This document shows, piece after piece, positions 1 through 11,300 of a stretch of DNA of 64,000 bases. This DNA comes from Polyangiales bacterium (GTDB lineage: Bacteria > Myxococcota_A > Polyangia > Polyangiales > Ga0077539), in the NCBI GenBank assembly GCA_044229975.1, contig JBGARZ010000026.1:32001-96000 (forward strand). Direction: 5' to 3'. Each line of letters opens with the position of its first letter. Within the stretch, counting starts at the first letter, position 1. The translations under genes and the position numbers were made by a program. The notes beneath the pieces are model-generated. The model did no database searches. It saw only the letters and a program-made list of their open reading frames with translations, and had not been told where the DNA came from.

Positions 1-1
1 G

Positions 2-298
2 CGCCCGACGGAGGGCATCTGCGGGTCGCTGATCAACGTCGGCAGCGGCACAGGGGCCTGCCCCGACGGCGCCGACATGAGGCCGCGCACGGTGTCGGGC
101 GACAACCTGGGCTTGTGCATCGTCCGCGACTGCGAGCGAAACGATCAATGCGCACCGGGGCTGGTGTGCGTGCACCCCGAGGACTCCGCGACGGGAGTGC
201 GCGTTGATCTCCCTCGCACGTGCAGCTACCCGACCGCCCTGCAACCGGGCGGGGCCACGGGCGATGCGGGCGTGCGCGCGGACGTCGCGATGGACTGA
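2..298 (+). CDS. Partial (5'-truncated) Cys-rich, probably secreted protein
   Basis: Frame open from base 2 (RPTEGICGSLINVGSGTGACPDG...LCIVRDCERNDQCAPGLVCVH) to TGA at 296-298; Cys spacing typical of myxobacterial extracellular repeats. Confidence 0.55.
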   Translation, partial: RPTEGICGSLINVGSGTGACPDGADMRPRTVSGDNLGLCIVRDCERNDQCAPGLVCVHPEDSATGVRVDLPRTCSYPTALQPGGATGDAGVRADVAMD

Positions 299-436
299 CG
301 GCGACCGGCTCCGCTCGTTCTCGTCAGCGGGCGTGAGCGGTCGCACCCGTCGCTTCGCGACGGTGAGGCGGGTACTGCCAGAGTGGGAGGGAGCGCCGGT
401 CGCTGATGACTGGCGAGGAGGAGAGCGAGCGAGAGC

Positions 437-1318
437 TCAGCCCATCATGGACTTGAGCGTCTCGGCCATCTGGGCAGGCGTCGGGGCGACCTTGATGCCC
501 GCCGCCTCGAAGGCCTCGATCTTGTCGATCGCGCGGCCCTTGCCGCCAGAGATCACCGCGCCGGCGTGGCCCATGCGCTTGCCCGGCGGGGCCGTCGTGC
601 CCGCGATGAAGCCCGCGACGGGCTTCTTCATGTTGGCCTTCACCCACGCCGCCGCGCGCTCTTCGGCGCCGCCGCCGATCTCGCCGATCATGATGACCCC
701 TTCGGTCTGCGGGTCGTCGTTGAAGAGCTTGAGCACGTCGATGAAGTCGGTGCCGTTCACCGGGTCGCCGCCGATGCCGACGCAGGTGCTCTGGCCGATG
801 CCGAGCGCGCTGAGCTGACCGACCGCCTCGTAGGTGAGCGTGCCCGAGCGCGACACCACACCGATCGGGCCCACCTTGTGGATGTGCCCGGGCATGATGC
901 CGATCTTGCACAGCCCCGGCGTGATGACGCCCGGACAGTTGGGCCCGATGAGCCGCAGGTCCTTGTTGAGACGGTGCTCCAGCGCGCGGCGCACCTTCAC
1001 CATGTCCATCACCGGGATGCCCTCGGTGATGCACACGATGAGGGACACCCCGGCATCGGCCGCTTCGAGAATCGCGTCCGCCGCGCCCGCCGGCGGCACG
1101 AAGATCACCGACGCGTTGGCGCCGGACTGCTTCACCGCGTCGCCCACGGTGTTGAACACCGGGACGCTGTTTTCAAAGGTGGTTCCGCCTGCGCCAGGGG
1201 TGACGCCGCCGACCACCTTGGTGCCGTACGCGAGCATCTGCTTCGCGTGAAACGAGCCGAACTTCCCCGTGATGCCCTGCACCACCAGGCGCGTGTCCGC
1301 GCCGACCAGGATCGCCAT
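437..1318 (-). CDS. sucD: Succinyl-CoA synthetase alpha subunit
   Basis: [34 protein letters not shown] and the MGHAGA phospho-His motif. Confidence 0.97.
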   Translation of the reverse strand: MAILVGADTRLVVQGITGKFGSFHAKQMLAYGTKVVGGVTPGAGGTTFENSVPVFNTVGDAVKQSGANASVIFVPPAGAADAILEAADAGVSLIVCITEGIPVMDMVKVRRALEHRLNKDLRLIGPNCPGVITPGLCKIGIMPGHIHKVGPIGVVSRSGTLTYEAVGQLSALGIGQSTCVGIGGDPVNGTDFIDVLKLFNDDPQTEGVIMIGEIGGGAEERAAAWVKANMKKPVAGFIAGTTAPPGKRMGHAGAVISGGKGRAIDKIEAFEAAGIKVAPTPAQMAETLKSMMG

Positions 1319-1327
1319 CGGTTTCCT

Positions 1328-2539
1328 CTACTTCCCGTTCACGAGGCTGGTGATCTTCTGCGCGCCGTCGAGCATGCTCGACGCCGGGGTGATCGCGAGG
1401 CCGCTGTCGGCGAGCAGCTTGCGCCCCTCTTCGACGTTGGTGCCTTCGAGGCGCACCACCAGCGGAACCTTCAGCCCGAGGGCCCTGGTCGCGTTGATGA
1501 CGCCCTGCGCGATCACGTCGCACTTCATGATGCCGCCGAAGATGTTCACGAAGATCCCCTTCACCGACGGTGAGCTCAGGATGATCGTGAACGCCTTGGT
1601 CACCGCCTCTTCCGTGGCGCCGCCGCCGACGTCGAGGAAGTTCGCGGGCGTCCCGCCGCAGTGGGCGATGATGTCCATCGTCGCCATCGCGAGGCCCGCG
1701 CCGTTGACGAGGCAGCCGATGTTGCCGTCGAGCGACACGTACGAGAGGCCCGCCTTCTTGGCTTCGAGCTCCGTCGGGTCTTCCTCGCCCGGATCACGCA
1801 GCTCTTCCCAGCCCTTGTGGCGGAAGTCGGCGTTGTCGTCGAAGTTGATCTTCGCATCGAGCGCCATCACCCCGCCGTCGGTGGTGGTGATGAGCGGGTT
1901 CACCTCGACGAGGGAGCAGTCCTCCTCGACGAAGAGCTTGTAGAGCGCCGACAGGAGCGCCGCGAACTTGCCGACCTGGTCCTTGGTGAGACCGAGACCG
2001 AAGCCCAGCTCGCGCGACTGGTACGGCATGAGGCCCGCCGTCGGGTCGACCCACACCTTCAGGATCTTCTCCGGCGTGGTCGCCGCGACGTGCTCGATGT
2101 CCATGCCCCCTTCGGCGCTGGCCATCACGACCACCTTGCGGGTGTCGCGGTCGACCAGCATGCCCAGGTACATCTCGCGGGCGATGCCAATCCCCTGCTC
2201 GATGAACACCGTGCGCACGGTCTGACCCTCGGGGCCCGTCTGGATGGTCACCAGCTTGCCGCCGAGCATCCGCCACGCCGCATCGCGCGCCGCGTCTGCG
2301 CCGCCCTTGCACACCTCGACGCCGCGCGAGACGACGTGGTCGCCCTTGTGCACCTGACCCTTGCCGCGGCCGCCCGCGTGGATCTGCGACTTCACCACGA
2401 CCAACGGTTGACCCGTCTGCGCGGCGAGCTTCTCGGCCGCCGCCTTGGCCTCGTCGGGCGTGGTCGCGGCGATGCCGAGCGGTACGGGGATGCCGTACTT
2501 CCGGAAGATCTCCTTGCCCTGATACTCGTGGATCTTCAC
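1328..2539 (-). CDS. sucC: Succinyl-CoA synthetase beta subunit
   Basis: [53 protein letters not shown]; directly upstream of sucD. Confidence 0.97.
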   Translation of the reverse strand: MKIHEYQGKEIFRKYGIPVPLGIAATTPDEAKAAAEKLAAQTGQPLVVVKSQIHAGGRGKGQVHKGDHVVSRGVEVCKGGADAARDAAWRMLGGKLVTIQTGPEGQTVRTVFIEQGIGIAREMYLGMLVDRDTRKVVVMASAEGGMDIEHVAATTPEKILKVWVDPTAGLMPYQSRELGFGLGLTKDQVGKFAALLSALYKLFVEEDCSLVEVNPLITTTDGGVMALDAKINFDDNADFRHKGWEELRDPGEEDPTELEAKKAGLSYVSLDGNIGCLVNGAGLAMATMDIIAHCGGTPANFLDVGGGATEEAVTKAFTIILSSPSVKGIFVNIFGGIMKCDVIAQGVINATRALGLKVPLVVRLEGTNVEEGRKLLADSGLAITPASSMLDGAQKITSLVNGK

Positions 2540-2543
2540 GGGT

Positions 2544-3497
2544 TCAGCTCTGCTGCGCGGAGAGGCGCTTGGCCACGTCGACCACGCCGCGCACGCTCTC
2601 GGCGCTCTTGGCGAGCATCGCCTTCTCGGCGTCGCTCAGCTCGATCTCGACGATGCGCTCGACGCCGTTGCCGCCGATGACGACGGGCACGCCGAGGTAC
2701 ATGTCCTTGTAGCCGTACTGCCCGTCGAGGTACGCGGCGCCCGCGAGCAGGCGCTTCTGGTCGAGGAGGAACGCCTCGGCCATCACCATCGCGCCCATCG
2801 CCGGGGCGTAGTAGGCGCTGGTGCCCATGAGCTTCACGATCTCGCCGCCGCCGCCGCGGGTGCGGTTCTCGATGGCGTCGAGCTTCTCGCTGGAGATGAA
2901 CTGCGACACCGGCACGCCGTTGATGGTGCAGTAGCCGCGCGCGGGCACCATGTCGTCGCCGTGGCCGCCGAGCACCATGGCGCGGACGTCCTTCGGAGAG
3001 ACCTTCGCCTCGGCGGCGAGGAAGTGCGTGAGGCGCGCCGAGTCGAGCACGCCGGCCATGCCGACCACGCGCTCCTTGGCGAAGCCCGTCCACTGCTGGA
3101 AGGCCCACACCATCACGTCGAGGGGGTTGGAGATGACGATGGTGAACGCGTCGGGGCAGTGCTTCTTGGCGTTTTCGGCGACGTTCTTGATGATCGGGAG
3201 GTTGATGCCGACGAGGTCGTCGCGGCTCTGGCCCGGCTTGCGCGGAACGCCCGCGGTGATGATCACCACGTCGGCCCCGGCGCAGTCGGCCCAGTCCGAG
3301 GTGCCGATGATCGACGAGTCGTCGCCCGTGATCGCGCTGTTCTGCATCAGGTCGAGGGCCTTGCCCTTCGCGAAGTCGGCCTTCGAGGGGATGTCGAAGA
3401 GCACCACGTCGCCGAGCTGCTTGCGCGCCGCGATGGCCGCGAGCTCGCCGCCGATGTTGCCTGCGCCGATGAGCGCGATCTTGTTCCGCTTCGCCAT
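2544..3497 (-). CDS. mdh: Malate dehydrogenase (LDH-like type)
   Basis: [12 protein letters not shown]ossmann motif, [29 protein letters not shown]; start trimmed to the ATG at 3497, which has GGAG upstream. Confidence 0.95.
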   Translation of the reverse strand: MAKRNKIALIGAGNIGGELAAIAARKQLGDVVLFDIPSKADFAKGKALDLMQNSAITGDDSSIIGTSDWADCAGADVVIITAGVPRKPGQSRDDLVGINLPIIKNVAENAKKHCPDAFTIVISNPLDVMVWAFQQWTGFAKERVVGMAGVLDSARLTHFLAAEAKVSPKDVRAMVLGGHGDDMVPARGYCTINGVPVSQFISSEKLDAIENRTRGGGGEIVKLMGTSAYYAPAMGAMVMAEAFLLDQKRLLAGAAYLDGQYGYKDMYLGVPVVIGGNGVERIVEIELSDAEKAMLAKSAESVRGVVDVAKRLSAQQS

Positions 3498-3648
3498 GAC
3501 GATGGATCTCCGTGTCGGTAGAGGTGTTGGCGGCGCCGTTGCGCACGCCGGATCGGCGCCCGATGTGGGCCCCTCGATGGGAGGGGCAAGGCCGGGCGGG
3601 GCGGGAATGTGCCCGCGCGATCGCCGTTCGTAAAGGGCTTCCGACCGG

Positions 3649-5577
3649 TCAGCGCTGCGGCACGCCGAAGGGGAAGAGGATGGTGGAATTGCCGCCGTTG
3701 CTGCTTCCGCCGCTCCCGAGGTTGCGGCCCATGCGCCACGCCTTCGAGGTGCGGGTGAGGCCCGTGGCATCGGCGTCGACCGGGAAGCGCGCCGCCGACA
3801 GCGCCGCCTGCACGCAGCGCTGCACCCGCGCGGTGCTCCCGCGCGCCGAGCGGAAGGTGACCTCGCTGCTCATGACGGTGCCCGTCGCGTTGCTGAAGGT
3901 CACCACGGCGGCGCACTCCTCGGCGACGTTGCGGTCGGCGCGAAGGCACGCAAACACCGCGGCGTCGACGGTGGTGATGGCCGTGAGCGCGCGCCCCGAG
4001 TAGTCGCGCGCCGGGGCGGGCGTCGTCGGTGCGGGAGCCGACGGCACCGCCGGAACCTCCGTGGGCGTCGGGTCGAGGTGGATGGGCGCAACGGGCGTGC
4101 TCGGGCCGACGGGAGCGACGACGGGCTGACGGCCGCTGGTGATCCACCAGAAGACACCACCGGCGAGGAGGACCATCACGAAGGCGATGCCGAGGGTGAT
4201 GGCGCGCGTGGAGACGCCCGTTGAGGGCGCGACCTTGGGGCGCGCGAGCGGTCCGATGGCCGCGGGCGGCGGTGCGACGTCGAGGGAGCGCGGCGGCGGC
4301 GCGGCCGACAGATCGAGCGAGCCACCGGGTGCGCCGAGCGGGGGAAGACCGGGCGCCGCGGGCCCGCCGAGCGGCGTGAGCGGCGGAGCGGCGAGGTCGA
4401 GGCCGGGCAACGGTGCGCCGAATCCACCCGCGGGCGCAGCCGCTGGCATGGGCTGCATGGGCTGCGCGGGTTGCATTGCCTGAGCAGGCGCCGCCATCGG
4501 GTTGAGGCCCGCGGGAGCCTCGCGGGTCGGAGGAGGCATCGTGGCGAGGCGGCCTGCCATCACACCAGCAGGCGGCGCCGTCGGGTCGGGCGCGGGCGCG
4601 GGCGGTGCGGTGGGCGCGCGCCACGGAACCTCCGGGATGGTGCGCGCGAGCACGCGGACGAACTCCGACGCGTCGAAGCCCGGAGAGAGTCCGTGGATGA
4701 GCGCCCTGAGCTGTTGCGCGAGCAGGCCGGCGGACTGGGTGCGCTGCGCGGGGTCGAGCGCGAGCGCCGAGAGCACCACGGCGTCGAAGGGCTGCGGCAC
4801 CTGCGGGTCGACCCGCGACGGCGCGTCGAAGCGACCCGCGAGGATGACCTGCCGCGCGGCGTTGGGGTCGGAGCGCGGCACCAGCGGGCGCACCAGCAGC
4901 ATCTCCCAGAGCACCACGCCGAGCGCGAACACGTCCACGCGCCAATCCACGGGCGCCCCCGTGAGCAGCTCGGGCGCGGCGTAGGCGAGCTTGGTCACCG
5001 TGGCGCCGGGGGCCGCGCCGCTGAGCACGGCGCGCGCGACGCCGAAATCCGACACCTTCACGGTGCCTTCGAGGGACACGAGGAGGTTCTGCGGCGAGAC
5101 GTCGCGATGAACGATCTGGAGCGAGCGGCGTTGTTCGTCCTCGCGGCGATGCGCGTAGTCGAGCCCCGTCGCGGCTTCGGCGACGAGGTAGGCCACCGCG
5201 ACGGGAGGCAGGCGCTGGCCGCGCTCGGCGCAGGCTTTGAGCACACGGGCCGCGGTGGTGCCCTCGACGTATTCGAGCGCGAGGTAGGCTTCGGGCTGAT
5301 CGCCGAAGTCGAGCACCTGCACCACGTTGGGATGCTCGAGGTACGCATTGATGCGCGCCTCGTGAAGGAAGCGCGCGCGGAGGTTGGGGTCGCCCTGGAG
5401 CCGCGGCAGGATGCGCTTGACCGCGGCGCGCGTGCGAAAACCCCCGTTGGCCTCCCGCTCGGCGCGGTACACCTCTCCCATGCCGCCGCGCCCGAGCAGC
5501 TCGATCAACCGGTATCCGCCGATCGTCGCGGGAGGCGGCGGCTCCCCATGGCCCTGCGCTGGATTGGGGCTCGTCAC
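3649..5577 (-). CDS. Membrane Ser/Thr protein kinase with Pro-rich linker, TM helix and Cys-containing C-terminal domain (AgmX/TonB-C-like)
   Basis: GRGGMGEVY, AVKRI, HRDVSPQN, DFG, APE; TM segment AITLGIAFVMVLLAGGVFWWI; GTG start at 5577 inferred. Confidence 0.85.
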   Translation of the reverse strand: MTSPNPAQGHGEPPPPATIGGYRLIELLGRGGMGEVYRAEREANGGFRTRAAVKRILPRLQGDPNLRARFLHEARINAYLEHPNVVQVLDFGDQPEAYLALEYVEGTTAARVLKACAERGQRLPPVAVAYLVAEAATGLDYAHRREDEQRRSLQIVHRDVSPQNLLVSLEGTVKVSDFGVARAVLSGAAPGATVTKLAYAAPELLTGAPVDWRVDVFALGVVLWEMLLVRPLVPRSDPNAARQVILAGRFDAPSRVDPQVPQPFDAVVLSALALDPAQRTQSAGLLAQQLRALIHGLSPGFDASEFVRVLARTIPEVPWRAPTAPPAPAPDPTAPPAGVMAGRLATMPPPTREAPAGLNPMAAPAQAMQPAQPMQPMPAAAPAGGFGAPLPGLDLAAPPLTPLGGPAAPGLPPLGAPGGSLDLSAAPPPRSLDVAPPPAAIGPLARPKVAPSTGVSTRAITLGIAFVMVLLAGGVFWWITSGRQPVVAPVGPSTPVAPIHLDPTPTEVPAVPSAPAPTTPAPARDYSGRALTAITTVDAAVFACLRADRNVAEECAAVVTFSNATGTVMSSEVTFRSARGSTARVQRCVQAALSAARFPVDADATGLTRTSKAWRMGRNLGSGGSSNGGNSTILFPFGVPQR

Positions 5578-5650
5578 GTCAGCGCGGGATGCTCTCGCCT
5601 CCTCCTTCACGGCGCAAGCGAATGGTGCACGGCGCCTTGCGGTCACCGCG

Positions 5651-5998
5651 TTGGTGTGCGGTCTGATGGCGTGTTCCGCGGGCTCGCCCGGCCTGGGCAA
5701 CCTCGGTGGATCGTGGCCGGGCGGCATCGGCGCGACGCTCCGTCACCGCGAGGCGGAGGGAGTGCTGCTGCTCGACCGCGTGCCAGAGAGCGGCGCCGCG
5801 GCGCGGGCGGGGTTGCGTCACGGGGCGCGCATCGTGGCGATCGACGGCGAGCCGGTGCGGGGCCACACGTCGGCCGAGCTCGTCACGCGACTCCGCGGCG
5901 AGGTGGGCACCACCGTCGTGCTGCGGGTGCAGGGCGACGGCGGCGATCGCGACGTGCGCGTCGAGCGGGCGCCGTATGCCCGCGACGCGGGCCGTTGA
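5651..5998 (+). CDS. Small PDZ-domain protein, possible lipoprotein
   Basis: GGIGATL, AARAGLRHGARIVAIDG and LRGEVGTTVVLRV resemble a CtpA-type PDZ; LMAC lipobox-like. Start uncertain. Confidence 0.65.
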   Translation: MVCGLMACSAGSPGLGNLGGSWPGGIGATLRHREAEGVLLLDRVPESGAAARAGLRHGARIVAIDGEPVRGHTSAELVTRLRGEVGTTVVLRVQGDGGDRDVRVERAPYARDAGR

Positions 5999-6062
5999 CC
6001 TCCCCGCGCCGACCACGGTAGGGACGTGACCCGCCGCGACGCGTGGCACTGGAGATTTCATC

Positions 6063-6974
6063 GTGAGCGTTTTGATCGTTGGATCGATGGCCGTCGACAC
6101 CGTGGAGTTCGCGAGCACGGGTGAGTCGCACGAGCTCGTCGGCGGTTCGGCCACCTTCGCCTCGCTCGCCGCGGGCCTCTACACCGACGTGCGGATGGTG
6201 GGCGTGGTCGGCAAGGACTTCCCCGAGTCGACCCTGAAGACCCTCGCGGGCCGCCGCGTCGACCTCGCGGGCGTGCAGGTGGTGGAGGGCGAGACCTTCC
6301 GCTGGCACGGCCGCTACAACGCCGACCTCTCGTCGCGCGAGTCGCTCGCCACGCATCTCAACGTGTTCGAGCACTTCCGCCCGACGCTGCCGGAGTCGTA
6401 CCGCACGTCGCGCGTCGTGCTGCTCGGCAACATCCACCCCGACCTCCAGTCCGAGGTGCTCGACCAGGTGCAGAAGCCCGAGCTCGTCGTCGCCGACACG
6501 ATGAACTTCTGGATCCACGGCACCCCCGACGCGCTCCGCCGGCTGCTGCGCCGCGTCGACCTCCTGGTCATCAACGAGGAAGAGGCGCGCGACCTCTCCG
6601 GCCACAAGACCATCGCCAAGGTGGGCAAGGCGCTGCGAGCCCTCGGCCCGGCGCGCGTGGTGGTGAAGCAGGGCGAGTACGGCGCGTTTCTGTTCGACGA
6701 GCACGGGGCCTTCCACGCGCCGGCGTTTCCGCTGGAAGACGTGGTCGACCCGACGGGCGCGGGCGACACCTTCGCGGGCGCGATGCTCGGCTACCTCGAC
6801 GCGCAGGGCGCCATCACGGGCGCGGCCCTGCGTCGCGCGGTGGTGCACGGATCGGCGGTCGCGTCGCTGTGCGTCGAGCGCTACGGCACCGCGGGGCTCG
6901 TCGAGGCCACCGCGGCGCAGGTCGAAGAGCGCGTCACGGCCTTCGCGCGCCTCGTGCACTACGAGTCGCTCTGA
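6063..6974 (+). CDS. PfkB/ribokinase-family carbohydrate or nucleoside kinase
   Basis: VGSMAVD, GGSATF, NEEEA and the DPTGAGDTFAG PfkB signature. Confidence 0.92.
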   Translation: MSVLIVGSMAVDTVEFASTGESHELVGGSATFASLAAGLYTDVRMVGVVGKDFPESTLKTLAGRRVDLAGVQVVEGETFRWHGRYNADLSSRESLATHLNVFEHFRPTLPESYRTSRVVLLGNIHPDLQSEVLDQVQKPELVVADTMNFWIHGTPDALRRLLRRVDLLVINEEEARDLSGHKTIAKVGKALRALGPARVVVKQGEYGAFLFDEHGAFHAPAFPLEDVVDPTGAGDTFAGAMLGYLDAQGAITGAALRRAVVHGSAVASLCVERYGTAGLVEATAAQVEERVTAFARLVHYESL

Positions 6975-7093
6975 CCGCGACGCGCCGAGCGCTTGCGGGC
7001 GTTGGAGGCTTCGCGTACGGTCCGCGCCGCGCGGGTTAGCGGGGCTTCCTTGACCTCGCGCGCATCCCTCGGACAGCGATCGCGGAGGTTTCC

Positions 7094-8101
7094 ATGAACC
7101 GGTATTCGACCCTTCTTCTCTCTGGCCTTCTCGCCGGCTCCATCGGCGCCTGCAGCAGCGACCCGGCCGTCCCCACCGACGCCGGCAACCCTGCCGGTGA
7201 CACCGGCGTCACGGGCGACGGCGGCGCCTGCACCCCCAACACCATCGCCATGCCGGCGGCGAGCACCACCGGCTGCACGGCCCCGACGGTCGACGGCGGC
7301 GCGGTGCCCTTCTACCAGTGCGGCAGCGAAAACCTCTGTCCCCCCGGCCGCTTCACCAACCCCGCGATGGCCCCGGGCTTCCGCCTCACGTACATCAAGA
7401 TCGTCGCGCCCGAGGCGCTCGCCAGCATGGCGATTCTCTCGGTCATCAACCCGACGCTCGCGCGCGGCTCCTTCCTCTGGGGCCTCAAGCTCGACCTCGC
7501 GTCCAACACCTTCCGCACCGGCGGCCTCAACCCGATGTTCACCCGCGGCACGCGGGGCGTCGGCCTGATGGACGGCACCTACTCCTTCTTCAACAACAAC
7601 GGCCCTGGCGCCGAGCCCGCCCGCTACAACCCCATCATGGGCGCCGTCACGGTGACCGGCGACCGCGCCAGCACGGCGATGGTGACCACCACGGTCAACA
7701 TCCCGATCTTCAGCGACGAGGCCGGCACCATGCTGCTGACCCAGCTCCCCATGGACAACGCGCGCATCAGCAACGTGCACCTCACGGCCGACCGCGGCTG
7801 CATCGGCGGCGGCATCCCCTCGGGCGGTCGCTACACCGAGACCACCAGCCGCTGGCTCACCGAAGACAGCTGCGACAACCCCTACGGCACCGTCGACGCG
7901 GACATCACGGTCGAAAACGCGAAGACCGTGAGCGTCACCATCGGCGGCAGCCCGACGCCCCTCTGCAACATCATCTCGGGCGCCAACTGCATGACCGACC
8001 CGCAGTCGGGCTGGCCGCGCCAGCCCAACGCGACGGTCAACGGCATGCCCGCGTACCACCTGCGCGCGAACTTCGCCGCCATCTCCGCCAACATCCAGTG
8101 A
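7094..8101 (+). CDS. Cys-rich lipoprotein of unknown function
   Basis: GGAGG RBS, signal peptide ending SIGA|C, DAG/DTG linker, several Cys, strong GC3 codon bias. Confidence 0.75.
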   Translation: MNRYSTLLLSGLLAGSIGACSSDPAVPTDAGNPAGDTGVTGDGGACTPNTIAMPAASTTGCTAPTVDGGAVPFYQCGSENLCPPGRFTNPAMAPGFRLTYIKIVAPEALASMAILSVINPTLARGSFLWGLKLDLASNTFRTGGLNPMFTRGTRGVGLMDGTYSFFNNNGPGAEPARYNPIMGAVTVTGDRASTAMVTTTVNIPIFSDEAGTMLLTQLPMDNARISNVHLTADRGCIGGGIPSGGRYTETTSRWLTEDSCDNPYGTVDADITVENAKTVSVTIGGSPTPLCNIISGANCMTDPQSGWPRQPNATVNGMPAYHLRANFAAISANIQ

Positions 8102-8165
8102 CCCCGCGCGCCGCGGGCCTCACCGCGGTGTCGTCTCCCCTCCCCCCGACATTCATGCGCTGCTG

Positions 8166-8224
8166 AGACTCGTCACGAGTCTGCACGTCACGGCTTTACC
8201 GCGAGCGCGCGGTCGCCGTAGTCT
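8166..8224 (+). promoter_or_regulatory. Perfect palindrome plus possible sigma70-type promoter upstream of the 1402-aa gene
   Basis: AGACTCGT-C-ACGAGTCT at 8166-8182; TTTACC-N18-TAGTCT at 8195-8224. Confidence 0.4.
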
Positions 8225-8318
8225 CGCGCCACTCGCTTCTGGTCGGTGGCGCTGGTGGCATGCGCATCGACCCTCTCATTGCAGCCGCGCGGGTCGCGGC
8301 AAGAGGACAAAGGCCCCT

Positions 8319-11300
8319 ATGTGGTCGACGCTGCACAAGGTGTACTGGATGCTCGCCGTGATCCTGATTTCAGGGTGCGGCGGCGGTGGTTGTTCGGGCT
8401 GTGCGGGCGGGGCCATCGCGCCGATCCCGGGCGGCTACCCCCTCGCGCCTGAGACGCGCATCCCGCGCGCCGCGCAGATCCGTTTGACGGAGGGCGGCCT
8501 CAACCGCATCGAGGCCGTCGCGCCGAGCCTGCTCGGCGGGCTTGTCGGCTCGGGCATCCCGGTGCCCACCATCTCGCAGAACCTCTCCGTCGGCCGCGCC
8601 ATCGTGTGCCCGTCGGGCAGCTGCCCCATCCGCATCACGCTGCCCGCCACCAACGCGCTCGACCTCGGCTTCGCCGAGCCCAACGCCATTGGTGTTCGGG
8701 CACGCGTCGAGATCAACGGCGACATCCCCATCCGCGCCTGCGTCGGCTCGTGCAACGACCGCTGCGGCGGAACCTTCTGCGGCACCATCGCGTCGCCCAC
8801 GCTCAACATCAACACGGCGCGCGGCGGGCACCCGTACATCGGCCTGTCGACGCGGGCGACCATCCGCCGCGACACGCACGCGCAGCGGCTCAACTACCAC
8901 CGCGCCGACATCGTCTCCCCGACGGGCTCGGGCGACGCCGTGCAGGAGACGCCCGGCGAGGGCATCGAAAACGAAGACATCTCCTGCAACGACAGCTGGG
9001 TCTGCGGGATCATCAACCTCCTCCGCGGCACCATCGTCGGCCTCGTGCGCGACCAGATCAGCGGCGCGCTCGGCCCCATCGCCGACGCGCTCGCGATGAG
9101 CGACACCAACCCGCCGGGCTGCCCGACGGGTACCACCGCCCGCAGCGGCTCGTGCGTGTACCCCGACAACACCAACGTGCCGACGCTGCTCGGCACCGAC
9201 GGCGCGGGCAACTTCGGCGCCCTCTTCGCGTCGCTCTCGCCGGGCGTGCGCGCCAACGTCGCCTACACCCTCGCGGCGGGTGATCCCACCGCGGACTCGC
9301 AGGTCATCAACGGCGGCATGTCCATCAACATGTTCGGCGCGATGCAGTCGGCGGGTCACAACGCCTGCGTGCCGCGCCTCCCCGCGCCGGCCATCCCGAC
9401 CATCCCCGAGTACATGGCCCTGCGCGGCAACGTGGTGCCCGGCACCATGACCCCCATCGACCTCGGCATCGGCATCGCGGAGGAGTTCCTCAACTACTCG
9501 GCGTTCCAGCTGTGGGACGCGGGCACGCTCTGCCTCGGCGTCGGCACCAACCTCAGCCAGCAGATCTCGGCGGGCACCTTCGCCATCCTCCCGGCGCTCT
9601 CCTCGATGCGCCAGATCCTCTTCCCCGCCACCACCGGTCCGGTGGCCATCGTACTGCGCCCGCAGCAGCCCCCGGCCGTCCGCATCGGCCGCGGCACCAA
9701 CGTCGACACCGACCCGCTGCTCGGCATCCGCCTGCCGCGCCTCGCGCTCGACTTCTACGCCTGGAGCGAGGAGCGCTACGTGCGCTTCATGACCCTGACC
9801 ACCGACGCCGTCGTCGGCGTCAACCTCGAAGCCGACGCGGGCGGTCTGCTGCCGCGCCTCGGGCAGCTCCGCACCGAGAACATCACGGTCTCCAACAACA
9901 CGCTGCTCTCCAACAACCCGGCCCTCATCGGCACCTCGCTGTCGGCCATCCTGGGCCCGGCGCTCGGCATGCTGGGCGGCAGCTTGAGCCCCATCGCGAT
10001 CCCGGGCTTCGACGTCCCGGGCAGCGGCGGCTCCACCCTCGGCCGCGTGGCCATCAACATCCCCGCTGGCGGCGTGCAGGGCGTGACCGAGGGCAGCAAC
10101 CGCTTCCTCGGACTCTTCGCGGGCATCGCGTTCACCCCGGCGGGCTCGCGGCCCAGCACCGCGACCCTCGACACCATCGCGACCCTCGACGCCGTGCGCG
10201 TCGAGCCGGCGTTCTTCCGCTCGGCGGCGGGCTTCACGCAGGAGAACCTCCCCCACGTGGCCTTCCACGTGAGCTCGCCCAACGACCTCGGCCACCCGGT
10301 CGAGTACTCGTGGCGCATCGACCGCCAGACCTGGTCGAGCTTCAGCACCGAGACCCAGTACGACATCCAGGACTTCGCCTTCGCGGGCCCCGGTCGTCAC
10401 ACCATCGCGGTGCGCGCGCGCATCGCGGGTGAGCCCAGCACGGCCGACAGCGAGCCGGCGCAGTTCACCTTCATCATCGACCCCGTCGCGCCGGAGCTCT
10501 CCGCGCACCTCGACCAGGGCGCCGTCATCGCCGAGGCGACCGACAACCAGAACACCGCGCTGGAGTATTCGTTCCAGTTCGACAACGGCCCCGCCTCGGA
10601 GTGGGGCGCGTCGGATCGCGCGGACGTCCCCGAGGGCGCGACCCGCATCGTGGTGCGCGTCCGCGACGCCTCGGGCAACGTCACCGAGCGCATCATCAAC
10701 CGCCAGTCCCTCATCCGCGGCGGCGCCACCACCGACTCCGGGAGCGGCGGCTGCGGCTGCCGCGTGGCGGGCGCCTCCAGCAACAGCAGCGGTCGCGGAT
10801 CGGCGGGCCTGCTCGGGCTCTTCGCCGCGGGCGTGGTGATCGCGGCGCGTCGTCGTCGCCGGGCCAGCGCCCGCGTCGCGGCGGCGCTCGTCGCCGCCAC
10901 CGGCGCCGTCGCCGTCGGTTGCGCGGACACCAACACCGCCACCAACGCCGACGGCGGCGACGGCGGCGGCGTCGTAGGCGACAACGGCATGGTCGACCCG
11001 ATGGACGGCGGCGCCACCACCTGCGAGTCGGGGCAGAACCTCTGCGCGTCGTCGGGCATGTGCACGACCCCGCCCGCGTGCCCCGAGTGCATGCCGGGCT
11101 TCGGGCCGATGGGCGCGCCGACCTTCACGGCCGCGACCTGCGCGTACGACACCTCCGCGTGCAGTTGCGTGCGGCTGCCCCCGCTGCCCCCCGGCGCGGT
11201 GGGCTCTCACCTGCACATGGCCGCCGCGGCCGATGGTGCCATCTGGATGTCCGCGTACTCGCCGGGCGAGCCGACGGACGTCGCCCGCTACGGAGACCTC

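Noticed and set aside
3498..3770. Long N-terminal extensions in the ORF track (mdh, ACP1, FIST, FHA-EBP, gspH, gspK, PEGA, last kinase)
   Set aside because: They overlap neighbouring genes; downstream starts with RBS or stop-start coupling fit better.
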